From contig CAVTCR010000059.1 of NCBI GenBank assembly GCA_963733195.1, positions 1-64,000 on the forward strand: DNA of 64,000 nucleotides. Direction: 5' to 3'. Shown one piece after another: positions 53,303 through 62,352 of the stretch (within the stretch, counting starts at the first letter, position 1; each line of letters begins with the position of its first letter). The position numbers and the translations under genes were made by a program. The notes beneath the pieces were generated by a model. The model made no database searches and was not told the DNA's origin. It saw only the letters and a list, made by a program, of their open reading frames with translations. The stretch comes from an uncultured delta proteobacterium (lineage in GTDB: Bacteria > Desulfobacterota > Binatia > Bin18).

Positions 53303-53338
53303 AAACCACCTCCCCCTTCGCGGTTATTTCGAGGAACG

Positions 53339-54322
53339 TCAACGGTCGTGCTCTTTCGCGTACATTTCATATCGTACCTGACGGAGCAGTATCATCAATC
53401 GGTGAAGCTCACTCAATGTCATAGGTTGTTGGGACCACAGCGCGCCAACGCCATCTGGCCCTCCGAGTGCGGCAAGTCCAAGGCGACCGACTTCATGAGT
53501 TATCTCCCCAATTGCCCAAGCAAGAGCCTGCGCTACGCGCTTGCTCTCTAGTGTGTGAGTAACGCTGAGATGATGATAATGTGCAGCGATGGCGGCTTCA
53601 AGCTTATCGAGGTTGAGATTCGTCACTGCACTAACCGCAAGCACTGGACGAGCCCACGATTGTTGCTCAAGTGACAACGCAGCTTTGACATCGGCCATCG
53701 CCTTGCGGGCTAACGCTTCATCATCAGCTTTATTGATTGCAAGAACGTCAGGAATCTCCATCACTCCGGCCTTAATGAATTGCAGTACGTCACCGGAAAA
53801 TGGCTGAATGACCATGACAACCGTATCGGCAATGTGAGCAATGTCGGTTTCACTCTGCCCGACGCCAACAGTTTCAATCAGTAATACATCGCAGAGATGG
53901 CGGAGGAGAAATACGGCGGCAAATGCTTCGCGACTTAAACCGCCAAGGCGATCGCGCGCGGCGAAGCTGCGAATGTAGACTGGTGCGCCCACGGGAATCT
54001 GCATCCGTCCACGATCACCGAGTAATGCACCACCTGAGACCTTGCTGGATGGATCGACGGCAATAACGGCGAGGCGTTTTCCTGTCTTGGCAGCATGTTC
54101 GATCAACCGCGAAATCAACGAGCTTTTCCCCACTCCTGGTGGGCCAGTGATACCAACAACATGTGCTGGTACCGGGTACGTGGTGAGTTTGTCAAGCAGC
54201 GCCAGCGCTTGTTCCTGTCGCGCAGGACGCCGATCTTCAAGCAGATTCAACGCCGCAGCAATGGCTGTGCGATCGAAGCGGAGGAGGCGAGAGATATCGA
54301 TGTGAAAACGATGAGTGGTCAC
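53339..54322 (-). CDS. meaB: MeaB/ArgK GTPase chaperone of B12 mutases
   Basis: GITGPPGVGKSS, VDPSS..SGGALLGDR, IETVGVGQSE, KAGVME, NKAD. Confidence 0.92.
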   Translation of the reverse strand: MTTHRFHIDISRLLRFDRTAIAAALNLLEDRRPARQEQALALLDKLTTYPVPAHVVGITGPPGVGKSSLISRLIEHAAKTGKRLAVIAVDPSSKVSGGALLGDRGRMQIPVGAPVYIRSFAARDRLGGLSREAFAAVFLLRHLCDVLLIETVGVGQSETDIAHIADTVVMVIQPFSGDVLQFIKAGVMEIPDVLAINKADDEALARKAMADVKAALSLEQQSWARPVLAVSAVTNLNLDKLEAAIAAHYHHLSVTHTLESKRVAQALAWAIGEITHEVGRLGLAALGGPDGVGALWSQQPMTLSELHRLMILLRQVRYEMYAKEHDR

Positions 54323-54357
54323 AGGAAAGATATTGGGAAACGGGATACGATTCGCCT

Positions 54358-54415
54358 AAATCCCCCCGCGCTCCGCGCTACCCTCCTTTTGCAAAGGGGG
54401 GAAGGGAGGATTTCT
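54358..54415. repeat. REP-like palindrome between ecm and meaB
   Basis: AAATCCCCCC...CCCTCCTTTTGCAAAGGGGG...GGAGGATTT. Confidence 0.55.
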
Positions 54416-54430
54416 CTCTTTACAAAAAGG

Positions 54431-56426
54431 TTACCCATACGCCGCCTCCGCGACATCCACCATATCCGAGAGGATGCGTAACATTTCAAAATCTTTCGGC
54501 GTGTACACACGAGCAACACCAGCTTTGCGCAACACTGCCGCATCATCTTCAGGAATAATCCCGCCAATGACAACCGGAACATCACTCAGTCCTTCAGCTT
54601 TGAGGCCAGCGATCACTTCAGGAACAAGACGCAAATGTGACCCAGAAAGAATGCTCAAGCCAATCAGATGCACTCCTTCATCTCGTGCACTGTTCACAAT
54701 CTGATCTGGAGTGAGGCGGATTCCCTCATAGACGACTTCCATTCCAGCATCGCGGCACCACACGGCAATCTGCTCGGCGCCGTTAGAGTGACCGTCGAGG
54801 CCAGGTTTACCAATCAATACTTTGAGTGGTCTCCCCAGTACATCGGCTGACTTGCGCACTCGAGCGCGTAGGGTTTCCAAACGTTCACCTCCCTGCCCGT
54901 TCGCGCTTCGTGTGACAACTGCAGCCCCCGATGCCTGTCGGCGCGCGGAATTCGCCAAACGCCGTACGTAACGTCTGCGCCCATTCACCAGTCGTGACTC
55001 CAGCATGCGCGCAACGAATCGACACCGGCATGATGTTATCGCCGTTGACGGCAGTGTCACGTAAGGCGGTCAATGCTGCCGTTACCTCAACTTGATTCCG
55101 CGACGCACGAAACGCATGTAGGCGGGCGAGTTGATCACGTTCTGCTTCTTCGTCCACTTTCAGAATGGCCGAGGAATCCCCAGTGTAGAGCGGGGACAGT
55201 GCAGTTTCAGTGAATTTGTTTACACCAACAACGGTTTGCTCACCGGCATTGATGCGTCGCACGCGGTCAGTGTGGCTGGCCACGAGTTGTTCCTTGACGT
55301 AGTCCAACGCTGCAATAACACCGCCAAATTCTTGCACGCGTTCGACCTCAGCCCAGGCTGCACGTTTAATCTCGTTAGTCTTGGCTTCGATAACCTTACT
55401 ACCCTCGAAAATATCCTCGTATTCAAGAACATCCGTTTCATACGCCAAAATCTGTTGGATACGTAAACTCCACTGCTGATCCCACGGACGTGGAAGGCCA
55501 AGCGCTTCATTCCAGGTGGGAAGTTGTAGAGCACGACAACGTGCATCTTTGCTTAGCGTTACTCCCAACGCTTCGAGCACAATACGTGGAACGTTATTCT
55601 CCGGTTGCGCTTCGGTGAGACCGAGTGAATTGACCTGCACCCCGTAACGACACCGACGCAGTTTGGGGTCAGTGATACCGTAGCGAACACGCGTGAGTTC
55701 GTCCCACAATTGCCCAAACGCGCGCAGCTTGCAGATCTCTTCAATGAAGCGGAGACCGGAGTTGACGAAAAAGCTGATCCGTCCAACGGCTTCGGCAAAC
55801 TCGGCCGTACTTAATTTGCCGGAAGCGCGTACCGTATCGAGAACCGCGATCGCCGTGCAGAGCGTGTAGGCGATTTCTTGGACTGGCGTGGCGCCGGCTT
55901 CTTGCAAATGGTAGGAGCACACGTTGATAGGATTCCATTTGGGAACGTGGGCAACAGTGTAGATAATTGTATCGCGTGTCAGACGTAAGCTTGGTGCGGG
56001 TGGAAAGATATAGGTGCCACGCGAAAGGTATTCTTTGACGATGTCGTTCTGCGTCGTGCCTTGCAGGGCTTTGGCATCAACCCCCTGACGTTCCGCTGCA
56101 GCTATATAAAGTGCTAATAACCACGCCGCCGTGCCATTGATGGTCATCGACGTGTTCATTTTATCCAGCGGGATACCGACAAAGAGTGCTTCCATATCGC
56201 CGATGTGGCCAATCGGAACCCCAACTTTGCCGACTTCGCCGCGTGCGAGTTCGTGGTCGCTGTCGTAGCCGGTCTGTGTCGGGAGATCGAACGCCACAGA
56301 CAAACCCGTCTGCCCTTTGCTCAAGTTGAGGCGATACAGCTCGTTACTCGCCTTGGCGGTGGAATGACCAGAGTAGGTGCGCATGACCCAGGGATTGTCG
56401 TTTTTCATCTTTCGTTCCTCGCTCAA
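54431..56426 (-). CDS. ecm: Ethylmalonyl-CoA mutase (MeaA), one frameshift at ~54930
   Basis: PWVMRTYSGHS (His, as in Ecm rather than Mcm), GLSVAFDLPTQTGYD, QPENN, B12-binding KPGLDGHSNGAEQ. Confidence 0.9.
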
Positions 56427-56436
56427 TATCGAAAGC

Positions 56437-57276
56437 CTATCGCCGCGAGATCAATTGCAGCAACACTCCATGTGTATGTTTCGGGCTGATGAAAGCCAAC
56501 TCGCTGCCGTCAGGAGCTTTGGCGACGTTTGCTTTGATACCTTTTTCTCCTAGGGCTGCGATCGCACCAGGCAGATAGTCGACATCAAGAGATAGCAAGT
56601 ACATGCCTTCGCCGTTCTTGGTGAGGAACTGCGCAATCGGACTGTTGTCGCCGAGTGGAGAGACGATCTCAATCTTGGCATCACTAATCGGCAAGAACGT
56701 ATTGCGAATACCAAGCGCAGGAACTTCACCCGCTGGTTCACGCGAGAGACCAAAGTTCTTCTGATAGGTTGCCACTGCAGCTTCGAGATCTTTCACAGCA
56801 ATGACCACATGATCAAGCCGTTTGGTCGTGAACCGACGGTTACGCGCTTCGCCAAGAAGAGAGGCGTGCTCGCTATGATCGACCGGTTGCGCGTACTCGA
56901 TCAACGCACCACAACATGCCTGCGGATGAAAAAACGCAATAATTCCAGCTAGGCCTAGGCGCGGCTTCTGGTCGATCACTCTGATGCCTTTGTCTATGGT
57001 CGCTTGGAGTTCGGCTTCAACGTTATCCGTTTCGAAACAGATATGATGCAACCCGCCGCCTTTCTTCTCCAGAAATTTCGCGACCCCGGAGTCTGCAGTG
57101 ATCGGTTCCAGTAGTTCGATCTCACTCTCGCCAACTGGAAGCAATGCAGCTTTCACACCTTGATCCTGAACCGTTGCCATCTTGCCTAATGGCAGGCCAA
57201 GTGTGTCTTTGTAAAATTCAAAGGCTTCTTCGAGTTTACGAACGACGATACCGACATGGTGAATTTTTTTAAGCAT
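56437..57276 (-). CDS. (Ethyl/methyl)malonyl-CoA epimerase with two tandem VOC domains
   Basis: IHHVGI...EIELLEP...GLHHICF...LIE, followed by a second LDHVVIAV...KIEIVSP...GVLLQL domain. Confidence 0.85.
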   Translation of the reverse strand: MLKKIHHVGIVVRKLEEAFEFYKDTLGLPLGKMATVQDQGVKAALLPVGESEIELLEPITADSGVAKFLEKKGGGLHHICFETDNVEAELQATIDKGIRVIDQKPRLGLAGIIAFFHPQACCGALIEYAQPVDHSEHASLLGEARNRRFTTKRLDHVVIAVKDLEAAVATYQKNFGLSREPAGEVPALGIRNTFLPISDAKIEIVSPLGDNSPIAQFLTKNGEGMYLLSLDVDYLPGAIAALGEKGIKANVAKAPDGSELAFISPKHTHGVLLQLISRR

Positions 57277-57366
57277 GAGAGTTCCTCAACAGTGAAGAAT
57301 TAAGAGTGAAGAGTTGAAGGACAATGCGAAATTTTTTCATTCTTCATTTAACACTTTTTAGTGGCT

Positions 57367-58405
57367 TTAGCCGACCCGCTTCATCTGCTCCAAAATATCG
57401 TAGCCTGTGATCCCTTTGCTCTTCGCCGCTTGTTCGGCGAGGTAGGCAGAGCTGACCTTTTCCGCTTGCACTGCTTTGGCCAGGTCCATCAGGGCGATTT
57501 TGATCGTGGCTTCGTCGATCATTTCGCCGGTCTCTGGATCAGGCATCGAGCCACCACCCTTCTGGTGGTAGAGGTCGAGAACACGAGTCGCATACTGAAT
57601 CTGCTTATCAGTGGGCGTGTAGCACTCGTTGGCAATCTTGCGCTTGCTGAGGATGAATCACCCAGGTGCCATCCATGCCCAGGTTGGCTGCACCGATGTT
57701 TTTATCGCGCAAACCGGCTTCGATCTCAGCAACTTTCTCTTTGGAATCTTCCTTGCGCCATAACGGGAGGTACACGTTATCAACCGCATGCAGTCCTGCG
57801 GCTTTGGCGGCGATGACTACTGCTTGCTTGGCATATAAGAAATTAATGTTCTGATTCTTCACGACTTCGCGGATGCCAAGAGTCGCAGCGAAATCGGCGA
57901 TACCAAAGATCAGTCCAGCCATGCGATCTGAAGCAGTAGCGATATCGTAGGCTTTCACCACAGCTTGGGGAATCTCAATCAATGACTCAAGTTGCAGACG
58001 AGTTTTCCAGCCAGCTTTCTTTTCCAGGCTATCAAGCAGTGAGGAGACATACTTGATGTCATCCGGACCATGAATCTTTGGTAGGATCAAGCCATGAAAC
58101 TTATCCGGTGCGCCGGTGACGATGGCTTCGATGTCACCAAGGAAAAACTCTGAGCGGACATTGTTCGGTCGGACGGTAATAACTTTTTTGCCGAAATCGA
58201 GAGTGTTCAGGGCCTCAACAACACATTGTCGGCTCTTTGGTCCTTTGAACTCGTACGGGCAGGCGTCTTCAAAATCCATCATCACGTGGTCAACTGGCGA
58301 CTTCACCGGGTCCGCAGCATTTTGGTGCAACTTCATGCTGTGACCTGGGTAGGTCATCTCAGTGCGGGGAATTACAAACCGCTTGCCTTTATCGAGTACA
58401 AACAT
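57367..58405 (-). CDS. CitE-family CoA-ester lyase (probable malyl-/beta-methylmalyl-CoA lyase), frameshifted
   Basis: MDFEDAC, VRPN, LPK, LIE, FGIADF, WVIHP.Q; ethylmalonyl-CoA pathway context. Confidence 0.8.
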
Positions 58406-58673
58406 GGAATCCTCCTGAAATAACTGTCAGTTATCAGTGGTCAGTTTTCAGCATGCAATACGGATGAGATAGTCTCCCTCGTTATTGACTGAGTGCTGAA
58501 AACTGCTGACTGAGTGCTGTCTTCTAGCAGATTGCGCCACCCTAGCCCAGGGCGGCGGGGAATGTTAGAACCCTTCCCCTAACCTAGTATACTCAAGCGA
58601 CGGATTCCTTTTTCTCCTATCTTCCCAAAAGTAGGGAGAAAATAGGACCGACGAATACACGAGGAGATACTGC

Positions 58674-60309
58674 ATGACCGATATACTCCGCCAAACCACC
58701 GCCATTGTTGACGCCTTGCAGAAACTGCGAGATGAAGCGTTGCACTACGGGCGCAGAATCACTGACAATGGCAAAGGTATCGATGATCATCAAGTCCACA
58801 CTGAGCGGCTTGCCTATCTGGCGACTGAAGTGGAAGCCGCTCGGGCGTTAGTGGCGTATGCCACCGGCGCCCAAGCCACGGTGACTCAGAAGCCAGTGAG
58901 ATGGCCTCGGGTTTGCTGCCGAGATCGGTCAGAAACATCTGAACCAAGCGGATACCCATCTGACCGACTTTGGTTTTCCTGAATCAGTGCTTGCCGAGAC
59001 GCTTGGTCGTTCCGATGTGAAGGCGGCGATGCGCGTGGGTGCGCATGAGAATCGCTTTCGCAGTATCGGCCGGTCGGTGATTGCGAGTCGTGGGGTGAAT
59101 AACTCTTGGCTGGAAAGTGACATCGCGGCTATGACGCGCGACTCGGTACGGCAATTCGCCCGCGCTGAGGTGTCACAAGTCGCCGAGCGTGTGCACCGTC
59201 ATGACGAATTGATCCCCGAAAATATCATTAAGCAAATGGCAGAGCTGGGCTTCTTTGGTATGTCGGTTCCTGAGGAATATGGCGGCGGCGGTATGGGCAA
59301 CCTGGCGATGATTATTACGACTGAAGAACTGTCGTGTGCATCACTAGGTGTTGCTGGCAGTTTGATTACCCGTCCCGAAATTCTTACCAAAGCTCTCCTC
59401 CGTGGTGGAACAGAAACGCAGAAGAAGAAATGGCTACCGCCGATTGCAGCAGGAGAATTGATGGTTGCGATCTCGGTGACTGAGCCAGATACCGGTTCAG
59501 ATGTTGCCTCAGTCAAATGTCGAGCCGAAGCGGCAACTGTCGGTGGCAAACAAGGGTACGTCATCAACGGAGCCAAAGCGTGGTGTACGTTTGCTGGGCG
59601 GGCAAACATCATTGCTATGCTAACGCGCACGAATCCTGATGCCAAATCCGGTGCGCGTGGACTCTCGCTGTTTATTGTCGAGAAGGATCAATTCCCTGGC
59701 CATACGTTTGAGATGCGTCAACCCACTGGTGGCGTACTAGGTGGAACCGCGATTCCTACGCTGGGATATCGTGGGATGCATTCGTATATCATCAATTGTG
59801 ATAATTATTTTGTTCCCGCAGAAAATTTGGTTGGTGAAGAAGGCGGGCTCAACAAAGGCTTCTATTTGCAGATGGCGGGATTCGCCGCAGGTCGGTTACA
59901 GACCGGCGGTCGCGCCACTGGTCTCGCGCAGGCTGCACTAGAAGTGACAGCGACCTACGCCAACGAACGCAAACAATTCGGAACTGCGCTGGGAGATTTC
60001 CAACTGACTCAATACAAACTCGGGCGCATGGCAACCTACATCGCCGCCGCACGACAGCTCTCCTACGCGGCGGCCCCAGCCATGGATAAAGACGAGGCCG
60101 CTGCAGTCATTGCCGCAATGGCGAAGTTACTGGCGTGCGACGTTGCCGTGTCAGTGACGCAAGAAGGGCAACTGATCCACGGCGGTTGGGGCTACGGTGA
60201 AGAGTACGCAATCTCGCGTTACGTCGTTGATGCCCTCGTGCTGCCGATTTTTGAAGGAGTAAAGCCGATTTTGGAACTGAAAGTGATTGGGCGGACGCTG
60301 TTGGCGTAA
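58674..60309 (+). CDS. Acyl-CoA dehydrogenase, probable (2S)-methylsuccinyl-CoA dehydrogenase (frameshifted)
   Basis: N-terminal extension, GSLITRPEI, TEPDTGSD, LGYRGM, GRLQT, QLIHGG.GY, IFEG; pathway context. Confidence 0.82.
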
Positions 60310-60393
60310 GACCGAAAGCTGTAGACTTCAGGTCTTAGGTGAGAGGGGAGATTCAGTCTTTCCTTGTAGCCGTAGATGATGTGCTCTGTATCG

Positions 60394-60431
60394 CGTTTCG
60401 TCATTCCCGCGCAGGCGGGAATGACGAAACG
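60394..60431. repeat. Perfect REP-derived hairpin between convergent genes (possible bidirectional terminator)
   Basis: CGTTTCGTCATTCCCGC-GCAG-GCGGGAATGACGAAACG, 17-bp stem. Confidence 0.65.
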
Positions 60432-60541
60432 GGAAGATATCGCCATTCTCGCAAAAGCGAGAAACTAGATTTCCGTACTAGGGGGAGATAATGAGGCCTA
60501 GGCTCTAAGGATGGGCCCCTACAGCCTATAGCTTTCAACCT

Positions 60542-61600
60542 TCACGCATAGTGACTCCTCCGTTTCACCGCCATCTCCCGCTCTAAATAAAAGATCTCCA
60601 TCTTCTCCCACGCATCAGCTTTTTTGATGAACTTATGACCACGTAGGATGGTCGCAATGATACCGAGGTCTGGCCGACCAGGGTAATCACGTTTGCCAGT
60701 GATCTCAGTTGCTGCAAAGACCGTATCACCAACAAAAACCGGGCCGGTGTGACGACCAGTGATATAGCAAGTATCTCCGAGTGCGTTGTCGCCAACATCT
60801 GGACACGACAGTCCCAGGCAGAGATTAAACGGAATGCCACCATACACAATCAACTGTCCGCCAATGTATTTCTGCGGATTCTGGTCGACCAGGTACTGAT
60901 TGCTATGGACCTGTGAGGTGTTATCAAGCATTGCCGTCCATTCCATATGTGCCGTGGTCACAGTACGCCCACGTGAGTGCTCAATGACATCCCCAACGTT
61001 GAAGTCTTCAAAGTAGGTGTCGGAATTGGTGAGATGGGCAAGCTCCTGATACTTACGGTTTTTGTCGTAGGCAGGAACGTGGAGGTCGCACGGGATGGTG
61101 GGAATCTCAGACTGTGAGGCCGCCTCGACTTTTGCCTCTTGCTTGTCTTTCCAAATCTGAACTTTCCGCTGTAAGGTGAGAACGACTTCACCATTCTGAT
61201 TGCGGCCAGTCGTTTGCACATGCACCACGCCACGGTCAGGTTCTTTGGACGATGGTTGCACACCAACGATCGTGGTTTCAACCTCGATGGTATCGCCAAT
61301 GTACACCGGCGCGCCGAAGCGCATGTCACGGTACTCCAGGTTTGCGCGGGCATTTTCAGAGATATCCTCGACGCTCTGACTGAACACGATGTTCATCACT
61401 AGTCCTGGAGGAGCAATGAGTCCTTTGAACCCGTAGCGCTGTGCATAGCGCAGGTTCTTACTCAACGGGTTGGTGGTCATACCAAATTCAGTGAAGGCAT
61501 TAAACAAACCTTCGGTGACAGTCTTACCAACCTTGTGGCGAAAGAGCTGACCAACACGAAAGTCTTCAAGAAAATTGCCACGTTTCTTGCGAATGATCAC
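60542..61600 (-). CDS. Double hot-dog MaoC hydratase, probable mesaconyl-CoA hydratase
   Basis: GNFLEDFRVGQ, SVEDIS.NA.ANLEY, YFEDF..GD.I.H, YGG, H.GP.F.GDT; pathway context. Confidence 0.82.
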   Translation of the reverse strand: MIIRKKRGNFLEDFRVGQLFRHKVGKTVTEGLFNAFTEFGMTTNPLSKNLRYAQRYGFKGLIAPPGLVMNIVFSQSVEDISENARANLEYRDMRFGAPVYIGDTIEVETTIVGVQPSSKEPDRGVVHVQTTGRNQNGEVVLTLQRKVQIWKDKQEAKVEAASQSEIPTIPCDLHVPAYDKNRKYQELAHLTNSDTYFEDFNVGDVIEHSRGRTVTTAHMEWTAMLDNTSQVHSNQYLVDQNPQKYIGGQLIVYGGIPFNLCLGLSCPDVGDNALGDTCYITGRHTGPVFVGDTVFAATEITGKRDYPGRPDLGIIATILRGHKFIKKADAWEKMEIFYLEREMAVKRRSHYA

Positions 61601-61683
61601 ACGATGCTCCCTCTTGCAGGATTTAGCGGGAAAGTAAGGTACAGGAGTTCACCAGACAGGACAAGCGAATGGTTCATACATTA

Positions 61684-61822
61684 CTAATGGTGCAATTCTT
61701 CGATCAGTGCCTTCGCCTCTTGCAGGTCTTTCGTATCAAACCCTTCCGTGAACCAGTTGTAGATAGGGACAACGTGTTACGTGCCGCGTGCCTTAAGGTT
61801 ACTACAGGCGCGCGAGGCTCAT
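61684..61822 (-). pseudogene. Orphan, decayed 3' end (about 45 codons) of a cyclase/AAA/TPR gene
   Basis: MSLARL** ... HAARNTLS / [26 protein letters not shown]. Core 61705-61761 matches 62377-62433 at 55/57 nt. Confidence 0.85.
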
Positions 61823-62061
61823 CGGTGCGAAGCTTCCAGGATGGTCACCCCTACCAAATTCTTCCCCTTGTAATCGAAAATGATCCCATCCTCTCCCATT
61901 TCGCTGTGCGTTGAGTTCACCTCGTCAACGAAATGGACGTACAGCACATCGGCCTCCTCATCATAATCCAACCACATCCGACGCTTTGGCAGTTGTACGA
62001 GGTGGGAAACAGCTTTAAGCAGATGTCCCAGACTTTTCTTTGCTAGCGCTTCTTTGGCCAT
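61819..62061 (-). CDS. DUF2283-domain putative antitoxin
   Basis: LDYDEEADVLYV.F...S.HSEM..DGII.DY....LVG.TIL.AS. Confidence 0.85.
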   Translation of the reverse strand: MAKEALAKKSLGHLLKAVSHLVQLPKRRMWLDYDEEADVLYVHFVDEVNSTHSEMGEDGIIFDYKGKNLVGVTILEASHR

Positions 62062-62349
62062 ACGATTGTTCTTTTGTTCACCTTACGGGCGATGAAGGCG
62101 GTAATGATGAATCGCGTCAGTTCGACTCACTTCTCGATAGACCACATGGAGATATTCTTGTTTCGCAAGAGTCAGGACGGCAACGGAAGCTCCAGCGTAT
62201 CCTCGCAGAATCCAGGTCGGACGTTCGACGGTATCGAGTACGCTTTCATAGTAGGGTTCCATATAGGGTTTGATTCGCTGACAATATGCTCCCATCTCTC
62301 TGGTGTGAGACGAATATGGTACGCCATTGACCGAGTATACGACATCCAC
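62030..62349 (-). CDS. Putative RelE-like toxin partner of DUF2283 (frameshifted)
   Basis: MDVVYSVNGV.IRLTPERWEHI...E..VL.TVE.P..I...YLHVVYRE....FIITAF in stitched frames. Confidence 0.7.
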
Positions 62350-62352
62350 ACC

